Positions 20,720 through 30,049 of a stretch of DNA of 64,000 bases are shown here, one piece after another. Position 1 is the stretch's first letter. The number at the start of each line of letters is the position of its first letter. Made by a program: the position numbers and the translations under genes. The notes below the pieces were generated by a model. The model was not told the DNA's origin, searched no databases, and saw only the letters and a program-made list of their open reading frames with translations. Source of the DNA: Longimicrobiales bacterium (GTDB taxonomy: Bacteria > Gemmatimonadota > Gemmatimonadetes > Longimicrobiales > Gaopeijiaceae); the NCBI GenBank assembly GCA_965202985.1, contig CBDBCF010000001.1, positions 1,536,001-1,600,000 of the forward strand, read 5' to 3'.

Positions 20720-21019
20720 TCAAATCCCCAGCGACGACCGAATCAGCGGACTGATCCGCTCCGGCGTCCAAGGCGGATCGAACGTCAGCTCCACCTGCGC
20801 GTTCTCGACGCCCTCGACGCCGGCCACCGCCGCCTTCGCCTCTTCCAGGATCTGCCCCGCCGCCGGACACATCGGCGTCGTCAGCGAGATCGCGACCTCG
20901 GCCGTCCCGCCGTCCACCCGAATGTCGTACACCAACCCCAGCACGACCAAGTTCAGGTTGAGTTCGGGGTCCTTGACGGTCTTGAGGGCGTCGCGAACGG
21001 CTTTCTCGGTGACGGGCAT
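20720..21019 (-). CDS. DUF59/SufT-like metal-sulfur cluster protein
   Basis: VKDPELNLNLVVLGLVY..LTTPMCP..FDPPWTPE. Confidence 0.9.
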   Translation of the reverse strand: MPVTEKAVRDALKTVKDPELNLNLVVLGLVYDIRVDGGTAEVAISLTTPMCPAAGQILEEAKAAVAGVEGVENAQVELTFDPPWTPERISPLIRSSLGI

Positions 21020-21051
21020 GGAGGAGTCCATGGCAAGACTGAGCAAGGCCT

Positions 21052-22032
21052 CTACTGTTCCAGGCGCTCGAGGGTTTCGATTGGCACGTTATTGGGTCCA
21101 AAGTCCATTTGGTAGGTTTCGGAATCGATCCGGTAAAAGCTGACGTCGAGACGACCATAGCGTTCCAAGTGCTGACGAGTAACAAATTCGCCCGACGAAA
21201 CACCAATGCGTCTGCGTAAGTATCTGCCAAGTTCACTGTTGTCCAACGTCGAGTGAAGTGCCTTGCCGTACTGCTGGGCAACTACAAGGATCAAACTCTT
21301 GTCGTCGTCAGTCAGAGCAGTGAATCGTTCCGCGATAGGTGGAAAAAAAGATCTGTCACGAACCTCCTTCGGGATGGGAATGTATGCCTGATTCGGGTCG
21401 CGTCCGTACCGCTGACCCCAATTGAGTCCGGCTGCTTGGTGCGTTTTCCCCTTTCGGTTTCCTTTTGTGGCGAGGAGCGACAAGGTTACGACGTTGTCGT
21501 CGGCGAATTCGCTAGGATCTCGGGTGTGCATTAATCTGACCGACGTCTCGACGTCTTGGCTCGTACATGGTATCGACTGGAGCATTAGGGCCTCATGATA
21601 ATCCGATACGACACGTGGATCCGCTTTCACAATTGCCTCGCGCTGAGACCGTCCAAAGCCAGCGATCGTATAATTGGCAGATCCAACAAATGCGCGCATC
21701 GGAACGCCCTTCTTCTTCCAGACAAACACCTTCGAGTGGCACGGAGGTCCTTCTATCAAGTATGAGCAACTGAACATTTGGTCAAATTTCTTAGCAAGAT
21801 CAGAAAGACCTCGGTGCTGAACAATTTCGATCCCGTGGCTGGCCATTCCGACCAAGAGTTGTATGCGAGGCAATTTGTCAATGCGATTCTCACTTACGCC
21901 TCTCCGCAGTTCGTCGATGTGTTGCTCCACCATACCAGCCGTTGCGTATCCTGACACAATCAGCAGTTCGTCGGCGCCCTCCATTGCTGCTGGACGCACC
22001 AAGACGTCCCGAAAGAGCTTGTCGATCAGCAT
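21052..22032 (-). CDS. PLD-type type II restriction endonuclease (NgoFVII-like)
   Basis: IVSGYAT..CHSKVFVW..FVGSANYT (HKD-like), GLNWGQR; downstream of a C5-MTase; AT-richer than flanks. Confidence 0.8.
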   Translation of the reverse strand: MLIDKLFRDVLVRPAAMEGADELLIVSGYATAGMVEQHIDELRRGVSENRIDKLPRIQLLVGMASHGIEIVQHRGLSDLAKKFDQMFSCSYLIEGPPCHSKVFVWKKKGVPMRAFVGSANYTIAGFGRSQREAIVKADPRVVSDYHEALMLQSIPCTSQDVETSVRLMHTRDPSEFADDNVVTLSLLATKGNRKGKTHQAAGLNWGQRYGRDPNQAYIPIPKEVRDRSFFPPIAERFTALTDDDKSLILVVAQQYGKALHSTLDNSELGRYLRRRIGVSSGEFVTRQHLERYGRLDVSFYRIDSETYQMDFGPNNVPIETLERLEQ

Positions 22033-23090
22033 TTGGCGGAAACCCCATTCGCCGTTAGAATCTTGAGGACTGCCTCGAAGATGACTTTGGCACCCGTAGG
22101 TGGAACAGCCATTCCAATTTGGCGTCGAACTGACTCGCGACCACCAGAAAAAACAAAAGAATCTGGAAATGTCTGCAACCGAGCACGTTCCCGGTTGGTG
22201 AGAGCGCGATCTTCGGACCAGTGGTACACATGCGTGCCACCGCCACCAGAGCCTGTGACGGTGTATGAAGGGCGGGTTGGATCGAGTCGGCGATAGATCT
22301 GACTTATAGTAGCGCCACTACGCATTCGAAGCCGCAACCTTGGAGGAAGGTTGGCGTTGAATGCGTTTTCTCCGGGCTTGATGTACCCGAGGCGCTCCAC
22401 AACCCTCGGGTGTTGAGACGTCCGGTCGTTGTTCTCGGCATCTTCCGGAATGGGTGGATGTTCCAGCGCCTCCCGACATGAAATGCGACGGGAAGATGTT
22501 GGCGGCGGGCAAAAAGTCAGCCGAAGAGATTTGCGAAATCCTACAACAATAATGCGATGCCGTGCTTGGGGAACCCTGTATTCTTCAAACTTGTATGTGT
22601 GGGAAAACACATCATATCCGGCATCCCTCATGTCCTCCAGGATAATCTGATAATCTTTCTTTGCCCCACTGCTGGCCAACCCATTAACGTTTTCCGCAAC
22701 GAAAAACAGTGGTCGGAAGTGACGCAAGGCACGAATGCCCCACTGGTACAGACCTCCGAAGCGGCCTTCAATCCCGTTGCGCTCGCCCACCATACTGAAG
22801 TCATTGCATGGAAAGCCAAACGCCAATCCATCGATGGACGAGAGCTTGCCAAAGTCCAGCCTTTCCACCGGGCAACGCACCACACCACCAGGCGGAAACC
22901 TGACGTTTCGTTCCAAGGTTTGGCAGGCGTCGGCGTCAATGTCGTTTGCCCACTCGTGGAAGAAGCCCGAGGAATCATATCGTGCCAGCGACGCGCCAAG
23001 TGCCATGCCTCCAGCACCCGCAAACAGCTCGCCCAGTCGGTATGTCTGGCCACGAAGGGCGAGGCCGCGAGAGTCGTCAAGTGGTGTCAT
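22026..23090 (-). CDS. DNA (cytosine-5)-methyltransferase
   Basis: ELFAGAGG (motif I), GFPCNDFS (IV), ENV (VI), PQARHR (VIII), RERARLQTFP, QIGMAVPP. Confidence 0.95.
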   Translation of the reverse strand: MTPLDDSRGLALRGQTYRLGELFAGAGGMALGASLARYDSSGFFHEWANDIDADACQTLERNVRFPPGGVVRCPVERLDFGKLSSIDGLAFGFPCNDFSMVGERNGIEGRFGGLYQWGIRALRHFRPLFFVAENVNGLASSGAKKDYQIILEDMRDAGYDVFSHTYKFEEYRVPQARHRIIVVGFRKSLRLTFCPPPTSSRRISCREALEHPPIPEDAENNDRTSQHPRVVERLGYIKPGENAFNANLPPRLRLRMRSGATISQIYRRLDPTRPSYTVTGSGGGGTHVYHWSEDRALTNRERARLQTFPDSFVFSGGRESVRRQIGMAVPPTGAKVIFEAVLKILTANGVSAKC

Positions 23091-23167
23091 GGGCTGACCG
23101 GTAGGTCCTCTCGGATCGTCGATGACGGGTACGCCATGACGGTAACGGCGAATCTGTGCACGAACAA

Positions 23168-23186
23168 CCCCCCCCCCCCCCCCCCC
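23168..23186. repeat. C19 homopolymer tract
   Basis: 19 consecutive C, 78 bp upstream of the MTase ATG, between divergent genes. Confidence 0.9.
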
Positions 23187-23319
23187 AGGTCATCCTCGAA
23201 AGGCCGATGCGGCTTGGCGGGTTCCGGCTCGACGGGCTATCTTCCGATTGTCGGTGCCGACCTCGGGGATGTCACCGTGCGCCCGGGTTCCCGGGCGAAG
23301 GCACCCCAGCCCCATGCCC

Positions 23320-24900
23320 ATGCGCTTCTTCAACACGACCGGTCCAGTGACGGCGGAGCGCCACTACTGCATCCCGCCGCTCGACCGCGTGGACTTGGCC
23401 GAAGTCCGAAGGCTGGTCGCCGAGGACCGCTACTTCGTGCTCCACGCGCCCCGGCAGACGGGCAAGACGTCGGCCCTGCTGGCGCTCCAGGACCTGCTGA
23501 ACGAAGAGGGGCGCCACCGTTGCGTCTACGTCAACGTCGAGGCCGCCCAGGCCGCCCGAGAGGACGTCGAGGAAGCCATGCGAACGGTGCTGAGCGAGCT
23601 GGCGGATCGAGCGACCGACGCTCTGGGCGACGAAGAGCTGGAAGCGATCTGGCCGGAGATGCTGTCCACTCGCGGTCCCCACGCCGCCCTTCGACAGAGC
23701 TTGACGCGTTGGGCGCGGACCAGCTCCAAGCCGCTGGTGCTGCTCGTCGACGAGATCGACATGCTGGTGGGCGACTCGCTGCTTTCCGTGTTGCGGCAGC
23801 TGCGGGCGGGCTACGACATGCGCCCTCGGGCATTCCCCAAAAGCGTCGTCTTGTGCGGCGTGCGCGACGTGCGCGACTACCGAATCCATTCGAGCTCGGC
23901 GAACGCGATGGTCGCGGGCGGAAGCGCGTTCAACGTCAAGGCCACGTCGATGCGCCTGGGCGACTTCTCGCGCGATGCCGTGCGCGCCTTGCTGGGGCAG
24001 CACACCACGGAAACGGACCAGGCGTTCGCGGACGAGGCGCTGGAAGCGGTGTGGGCGCGCACCCGAGGACAGCCGTGGCTCGTGAACGCGCTCGCCTACG
24101 AGACGTGCTTTCGGGGAGACGGCGGGGCGGACCGGTCGCGACGTATCGAGGAAGCCGACGTTCATGCGGCCCAGGAAGCGCTGATTCGGCGGCGGGAGAC
24201 CCACCTGGACCAGCTCGCGGACAAGTTGCAGGAGGACCGCGTGCGGCGGGTGGTGGAGCCGTTGCTGGCCGGCGTCGGCGAGACGGAGTTCTCCGATCGC
24301 GACCTGGAGTACGCGCGGGACCTGGGACTGGTCGCGAGCGACCCCCCGCTCCGCATCGCCAACCCGATCTACGCCGAAGTGGTGCCCCGGCAGCTGACGT
24401 GGACGGCGCAGGAAGCGCTCGCGCACGATCCGGCGTGGTACGTGAGCGCCGACGGCGGTCTGGAGATGGAGAAGCTGCTCGCGGCCTTCCAGGAGTTCTT
24501 CCGGGAGCATTCGGAGCACTGGGTCGAGCGGTTCCAGTACAAGGAGGCGGGAGCGCAGCTGTTGTTGCAGGCGTTCTTGCAACGGGTCGTAAACAGCGGA
24601 GGTCGCATCGAGCGGGAGTACGGACTTGGGCGCGGCCGCACCGATCTGCTCGTGCTGTGGCCGCAGGGCGGCGGGACGCAAAGACACGTGGTCGAGTGCA
24701 AGGTGCTGTTGCACAGGGGCCTCGACCGGACGGTGGCCGAGGGCGTGGAGCAGACGGCGCGCTACATGGACCGTTGCGACGCCGAGGCGGGCCACTTGGT
24801 CGTGTTCGATCGAAGGGAGCGCCGCAGCTGGGCCGACAAGGTGTTCCGGCGGACGCGGCAGGCGCAGGACGGGACCCGCGTCCAAGTCTGGGGGATGTGA
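23320..24900 (+). CDS. AAA-like ATPase with C-terminal PD-(D/E)xK-like domain
   Basis: MRFFNTTGP; HAPRQTGKTS Walker A; LLVDEID Walker B; EREYGLGRGRTDLL..VVECK. Confidence 0.85.
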   Translation: MRFFNTTGPVTAERHYCIPPLDRVDLAEVRRLVAEDRYFVLHAPRQTGKTSALLALQDLLNEEGRHRCVYVNVEAAQAAREDVEEAMRTVLSELADRATDALGDEELEAIWPEMLSTRGPHAALRQSLTRWARTSSKPLVLLVDEIDMLVGDSLLSVLRQLRAGYDMRPRAFPKSVVLCGVRDVRDYRIHSSSANAMVAGGSAFNVKATSMRLGDFSRDAVRALLGQHTTETDQAFADEALEAVWARTRGQPWLVNALAYETCFRGDGGADRSRRIEEADVHAAQEALIRRRETHLDQLADKLQEDRVRRVVEPLLAGVGETEFSDRDLEYARDLGLVASDPPLRIANPIYAEVVPRQLTWTAQEALAHDPAWYVSADGGLEMEKLLAAFQEFFREHSEHWVERFQYKEAGAQLLLQAFLQRVVNSGGRIEREYGLGRGRTDLLVLWPQGGGTQRHVVECKVLLHRGLDRTVAEGVEQTARYMDRCDAEAGHLVVFDRRERRSWADKVFRRTRQAQDGTRVQVWGM

Positions 24901-24921
24901 GCGCAACCAGGAGACGCTCAA

Positions 24922-26001
24922 ATGCGGATCGCCATCAACACCGGAGGGGGCGACGCCCCGGGACTGAACGCCGTCGTGCGCGCAACGGTGCTGGCGGCGG
25001 AGCGGCGCGGATGGGACGTGGTGGGGATTCGGCGCGGGTACGACGGGCTCTTCGACCCGGACGGCCTGGTCGAGCTGAACGACGCGGCGGTGGCCGGGAT
25101 CACCCACACGGGAGGCACGATCCTCGGGACGACCAACCGAGGCAGTCCCTTCGCCTTTCCGGTCAAGCGGGCGGACGGCGAGGTCGAATACGTGGACCGC
25201 TCCGCCGACGTGGTGGCCCGCATCGGCGAGCTGGGGATCGACTGCCTGATCGCGGTGGGCGGCGACGGCTCGTTGCGGATCGCCGGCGAACTGGCGGACA
25301 AGGGGCTCAACGTCGTCGGCGTGCCCAAGACGATCGACAACGATCTGAACGCCACGTCGGTGACGTTCGGCTTCCACACCGCCGTGCAGACCGCCACCGA
25401 CGCCATCGACAAGCTTCACTCCACCGCCGAGTCCCACCAGCGGGTCATGGTCGTGGAGCTGATGGGTCGCCATGCCGGCTGGATCGCCCTCTTCGCCGGT
25501 CTTGCCGCCACCGCCGACGCTATCCTGATCCCCGAGCTTCCGTACGACTTGGCCAAGGTCGCCGAGAAGATCGACGCCCGCTGGGCGGCGGGTCGCGAGT
25601 TCGCGATCGTCGTGGTGGCGGAGGGCGCAGCGCCCTTGGGTGGCGAAGCATCCTACCTGGAAGAGATCAAGCCGAGCGGCGCCCGCCGACTGGGCGGGGC
25701 CGGAAAGCGCGTCGCCCGAGCGCTGGAAGCGCTGACCGGCCGAGAGACCCGCAGCCTGGTCCTGGGACACCTTCAGCGGGGCGGCCGGCCCATCGCGTAC
25801 GACCGCATCCTGTCCCTGCGCTTCGGCACCGCGGCCGTTGAGTTCGCGGAGCAGGGCCGGTTCGGCTGCATCGTGGCCTACGACCCGCCAGACATGAAGG
25901 CGGCGCCCTTGGCCGAAGCCACCCGCAACCGCAAGATGGTCCCCCCGGAGGGCGACATGGTCCGCGCCGCGCGCGCCATGGGCATCTCTTTCGGGGACTG
26001 A
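24922..26001 (+). CDS. pfkA: 6-phosphofructokinase (ATP/PPi family)
   Basis: TGGGDAPGLN, GGTILGT, GGDGS, PKTIDND, MGRHAG, LGHLQRGG. Confidence 0.95.
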   Translation: MRIAINTGGGDAPGLNAVVRATVLAAERRGWDVVGIRRGYDGLFDPDGLVELNDAAVAGITHTGGTILGTTNRGSPFAFPVKRADGEVEYVDRSADVVARIGELGIDCLIAVGGDGSLRIAGELADKGLNVVGVPKTIDNDLNATSVTFGFHTAVQTATDAIDKLHSTAESHQRVMVVELMGRHAGWIALFAGLAATADAILIPELPYDLAKVAEKIDARWAAGREFAIVVVAEGAAPLGGEASYLEEIKPSGARRLGGAGKRVARALEALTGRETRSLVLGHLQRGGRPIAYDRILSLRFGTAAVEFAEQGRFGCIVAYDPPDMKAAPLAEATRNRKMVPPEGDMVRAARAMGISFGD

Positions 26002-26041
26002 CGGACACCCTCATGGTTTCCGCCCAAGCCCGGGAGCGATC

Positions 26042-26866
26042 ATGAACCAGTCCACCGCTGGCCAAACGCGCAGGACGCGATGTCTCGGCGTCGCCGTAGC
26101 GCTCGTTGCCGCCGTCCTTGCCCTCTGCGGACTCCAGCCCCGAGCAACGGCTGCCCAAGAGCCTCCGCCGCCTCCCCAAGTCGCGTCGCAGGCGCCGGCG
26201 AACGACACCTTGATCGCCGTGGAGGGCGAAGTGCTGGACGCCGTATCGGGCGTCCCCGTGGCGGCCGCGATCGTAGTGCTGGCGGGCGGTCACACGACGT
26301 TCAGCGACAGGATGGGCTACTTCCGCTTTGAAGCCGTCCCGCCCGGCACGTACTCGTTGCGCGTGTTCCGCGTCGGGTACGCGACCGTGGAGGCCCGAAC
26401 GCCGATCGACGGCCAGGAAGTGCTGGTGATCCGAATGGACCCCGGCCCCATTCCGCTGGAAGGCATCGAGGTCCGGGTCCGGGGTCGGGACGAGCTCGAG
26501 CGGCGGGCGGCGGGCAGTCCCGTGGGAATCATCGGTCCCGTGGAGATGGAACGGCTGAGCCAGCGCTACCTCACCATGGACCAAGTCCTTGCCGGGCGGT
26601 TCATGGCGGGCGCCCGTTTCCGGCCCTCAAGAGGCTTCGGCGACCCGGGTTGCCTCGTCGTCTCGGGCGGCCGGGCGGGCAGTTGCGTGGCCGTGGTCGT
26701 GGACGGCGTGCTGCTTCCGCCCAGCGACGCAAGCTGGGTCTACGAGATCAGCCCCAGCGACGTGTTCGCCGTGCGCTTCCTGCGGGGCTCCGAAGCCGGG
26801 TTGCGGTACGGCTACTCCGGAGCGCCGGGCGTCCTCGTCGTCGAGAGCCGCATGGGCCGCCGCTGA
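26042..26866 (+). CDS. Secreted carboxypeptidase-regulatory-like / TonB-plug-like protein
   Basis: Signal peptide; GEVLDAVSGVPV..GYFRFEAVPPGTYSL..GY; VVVDGV..YG..GVLVV. Confidence 0.75.
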   Translation: MNQSTAGQTRRTRCLGVAVALVAAVLALCGLQPRATAAQEPPPPPQVASQAPANDTLIAVEGEVLDAVSGVPVAAAIVVLAGGHTTFSDRMGYFRFEAVPPGTYSLRVFRVGYATVEARTPIDGQEVLVIRMDPGPIPLEGIEVRVRGRDELERRAAGSPVGIIGPVEMERLSQRYLTMDQVLAGRFMAGARFRPSRGFGDPGCLVVSGGRAGSCVAVVVDGVLLPPSDASWVYEISPSDVFAVRFLRGSEAGLRYGYSGAPGVLVVESRMGRR

Positions 26867-27085
26867 AGCAGTTCAGTGCCTCGGTTGCCCGTCGTCGCGC
26901 AGTCTCCCGCATGTATTGACCGCAATGTCTGCCGCAACACCGACAAAAGTCATCGCCAAGAAACGCAGCCAAATCCGCCTTGCCGGAGGCGAGGGATCAC
27001 GGTAGCGTTTACCGGCTAATGCAGCGAATTGCCCCTTGCTGCCCACGTCGTGGGCGACGCCCTCGCCGGAAAGGAGCCGCAAGCC

Positions 27086-30019
27086 ATGTCGCCAAGAGGA
27101 TCGACCACCGAGCCTTCCTTCAACGAGGCGCTCGGCACGGCGCTGCGAAGGTCGGTCGCGAGGTGGCGCGAATCGCCGGACTATGTGCAGGTGGAACGCA
27201 CGCGGACGATCGCGGGTGCGGCGGGCAAGCATCCCGACATTCTGATTGCGGACCCGGAGATGTGGCCAGTGGCGATCGAGGCGTCGTTCGATGGTAGGGA
27301 TGCAGACCGGGATGCTTCGGCCCGTCTCGGCTTGGAGACGGCGGCAAGCGGAATGCAGATCGAGACCGCGGTTGCAGTTCGCATTCCGGAATCCTGCCGG
27401 GAGTGGTCGCGGTCGCGGATTGCGCAAGAACTCGGCGAGGGCGTGGAAATTGCTTATGCCGTGCATCAACGCGCAGGTGAAGGTGCGTCGCAACGGTGGC
27501 CGAGCAACGGATTCGTGATGGGTGCCGCCGCCGACCTCGTCGACCTCCTGCCGCTCGTCGCTTCGCCAAGAGAGGTCGTCGACGAGACGGCGGACTACGT
27601 CGCGCAACGGGTTCAGTGGGCGGCTGCCCGACTCCACGACCCCAGCACGCCGTCGCAAAGGGAGCGGCTCGCTGCGGAGGTGCACCAGAGAACGGTGCTG
27701 AAGGGCTTTGCCACGACCATGGTCGTCTGGCTCAATGCGTTGTTGACCCAGGCCAGGCTTCACGAGCGCCACCAAAACGTGCCCGCGCCGACCGATTGTT
27801 GCGACGAAGCAGGATATCCCTTGCCTTACGATTTCGTGAAGGCGTGGCGTCAGATACTAACCGAGAACTGGCGATCGGTCTTCGAGCCCGCAAAGAACGT
27901 CATGGCAAGGGCGGTGGCGGTCAATGCTTCGGCGACATCGCAAGCGTTGCGCTGTCTATTGGAGGCAACTCAGAGAATCAAGGCTCGCAGACTAGGGGCA
28001 CACATCAACGTCGGCGCGGAGCTCTTTCCGAAGCTGAGCGACGACCGGAAGACGGCCGCCGCCTACTACACTCAGCCTCCCGCTGCCGAGTTCCTGGCGG
28101 CGATGACCGTTACTCGGAAATCGTTGCCGTCCGGCATTTCTTGGGCCGACGCGAACTTGTGGGATCACGCCAAGCTTGCCGACTTGGCCTGCGGCACCGG
28201 CACGCTTCTCCGCGCCGGCTATCGGCGGGTCGCTGCGCTTCACCAGCGTTCCGGCGCCGCAACGCCCGACTCCATGACGCGACTTCACAAGGTGGCCATG
28301 GAAACGGGTATCTACGGCACCGACATCAGTCCCATCGCCGCCCATCTGACGGCTTCCTCACTGGCGGCGCTGGGCGACGGCAATCCATACGGCGCGACTC
28401 ACGTCGGATGGGTCAGAGTCGGCGGAACGCCCGCCAAGGCGGGAGCGCTGGAGTACTTCGAGGCGGACGAGATGGACGACCTCTTCGGGACGGCGGGAGA
28501 GAGGTCGGCCGGGGTCGAGGAAGAACCCCCGAGTTCGGTGTATGTCGGCGACGACTCTCTTTGTTGGGTGCTGATGAACCCGCCGTACTCGCGTACCCGA
28601 GGCGGCCAGAGCGCCTTCGACGTTGCCGGCGTAAGCGACGAGGAACGGAAGGCCTGCCAGCGCCGATGGCGAGATCTGGCGCGCGGCAAGTCGAACAATC
28701 AGGCAGGCATGGCCGCTTCGTTCTTGGCGCTGGCGGACCAGAAGCTCAGCCCCGGTGGCCGCCTGGGCTTCGTGCTTCCCTTGACGGCTGCCTTCGCGGA
28801 CAGCTGGACGACGACGCGGAAGCTTGTCGAGACGGGCTATGACGACATTGTCGCAATCGCGTTCTCGGCTGGTGGGGCGCTCGGGCGAGAAGCCGTCTCG
28901 GCGGACACGGGCATGGAAGAGATGATGCTGGTCGCCGCGAAGCGGGCTTCTGCGGGGCCGTCGGCTGTCGTTGTTCGATGCGTCACCTTGTACGAGCCGT
29001 TGCGCGACGCCGGGCAGGCCCACGAGATCGCTCGAGCAGTGGGTCGCGCCGTCGGCGAGATCGGCGCGGGTCACATCCCGGTCCGCGTCGGCGACCAAGA
29101 GGTCGGCAGAGTGGTTGCGTTCGAAGCCGATGGATCGGGCAAGCCGTGGACCCCTGTTGCTGCCATGTCGGCCCTGTTGCCCGAGTTCTCGAACGCCCTG
29201 AGCCAAGGCCGCTTCGGCGACCTTGCCGGCCCGAGAACCGTAGCGGCAAACGTGCCCTTTGGATGCATGGAGGACTTGTTTGAGATCGGACCGACGCACG
29301 ACTTGATCGGGTACCCGGTAGGCGGGGACGGACGCGGCGCCTTCGAGTTCCACCCGTTGCCGCCCGGGGCGTCGCTGGTCGGCGATCGGGCCCTGTGGGT
29401 GGCCGACTCGAAGAGGCAGAAGCGGATGGAGGTGCGCCCCACGCACAAGGGAATCGTCCCCAAGGCGCTCACGGGCAGGGACCAAGACCGGATGCGAGCG
29501 CGGGCCGCCACGCTGTTCTACGCCCGCAACCTAAGGTGGACGTCCCAGTCACTGTTGGCGGCCGCCACGGAGGCGCCGGTAATGGGCGGCCGTTCGTGGA
29601 CGGCCCTGGGGCACGCCGACGAGCACGTCCTCAAAGCGTTCGCGCTTTGGGCCAACTCCACCTTGGGCAGCCTGCTTCACTGGTCCGTTGGCCAGAGGAC
29701 CCAGGCAGGTCGATCCACGACGCAGATCGGCGCACTCCGGCGGATACCCGTGCCCCTGCTGGATCGATTGGACGCCCCGGCGCTGGACGTCGCCGCCCGC
29801 GAGTTCGACAAGATCAAGACGAAGCTCTTGCGGCCCCTGTGCCAAGCCCACGCCGATCCGGTCCGCAAGGAGATCGACCAAGCAGTGGTGCGAATGCTGG
29901 CCCTGCCTCCATGGGCTGACGAGGTCGTGGCCAAGGTGCGCGACCTCTGGTGCAGGGAGCCGTCCGTCCACGGCAACAACAGAGCGGCCCTGGCGCTGCT
30001 GGAATCATTTGACAGATAG
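27086..30019 (+). CDS. Type IIG/IIL fused restriction-modification enzyme (REase, N6-adenine MTase, TRD)
   Basis: AAGGAG RBS; PDILI..IEAS nuclease motif; YYTQP, DLACGTGTLL (motif I), MNPPY (motif IV). Confidence 0.85.
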   Translation: MSPRGSTTEPSFNEALGTALRRSVARWRESPDYVQVERTRTIAGAAGKHPDILIADPEMWPVAIEASFDGRDADRDASARLGLETAASGMQIETAVAVRIPESCREWSRSRIAQELGEGVEIAYAVHQRAGEGASQRWPSNGFVMGAAADLVDLLPLVASPREVVDETADYVAQRVQWAAARLHDPSTPSQRERLAAEVHQRTVLKGFATTMVVWLNALLTQARLHERHQNVPAPTDCCDEAGYPLPYDFVKAWRQILTENWRSVFEPAKNVMARAVAVNASATSQALRCLLEATQRIKARRLGAHINVGAELFPKLSDDRKTAAAYYTQPPAAEFLAAMTVTRKSLPSGISWADANLWDHAKLADLACGTGTLLRAGYRRVAALHQRSGAATPDSMTRLHKVAMETGIYGTDISPIAAHLTASSLAALGDGNPYGATHVGWVRVGGTPAKAGALEYFEADEMDDLFGTAGERSAGVEEEPPSSVYVGDDSLCWVLMNPPYSRTRGGQSAFDVAGVSDEERKACQRRWRDLARGKSNNQAGMAASFLALADQKLSPGGRLGFVLPLTAAFADSWTTTRKLVETGYDDIVAIAFSAGGALGREAVSADTGMEEMMLVAAKRASAGPSAVVVRCVTLYEPLRDAGQAHEIARAVGRAVGEIGAGHIPVRVGDQEVGRVVAFEADGSGKPWTPVAAMSALLPEFSNALSQGRFGDLAGPRTVAANVPFGCMEDLFEIGPTHDLIGYPVGGDGRGAFEFHPLPPGASLVGDRALWVADSKRQKRMEVRPTHKGIVPKALTGRDQDRMRARAATLFYARNLRWTSQSLLAAATEAPVMGGRSWTALGHADEHVLKAFALWANSTLGSLLHWSVGQRTQAGRSTTQIGALRRIPVPLLDRLDAPALDVAAREFDKIKTKLLRPLCQAHADPVRKEIDQAVVRMLALPPWADEVVAKVRDLWCREPSVHGNNRAALALLESFDR

Positions 30020-30049
30020 TGGACAGAATTTGTCAAAGAATCTGTCAAA
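30008..30049. repeat. Palindromic 38-bp motif, copy 1 (10-bp inverted repeat)
   Basis: TTTGACAGAT(30008-30017)...ATCTGTCAAA(30040-30049); 28/38 identical to 46200-46237. Confidence 0.75.
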
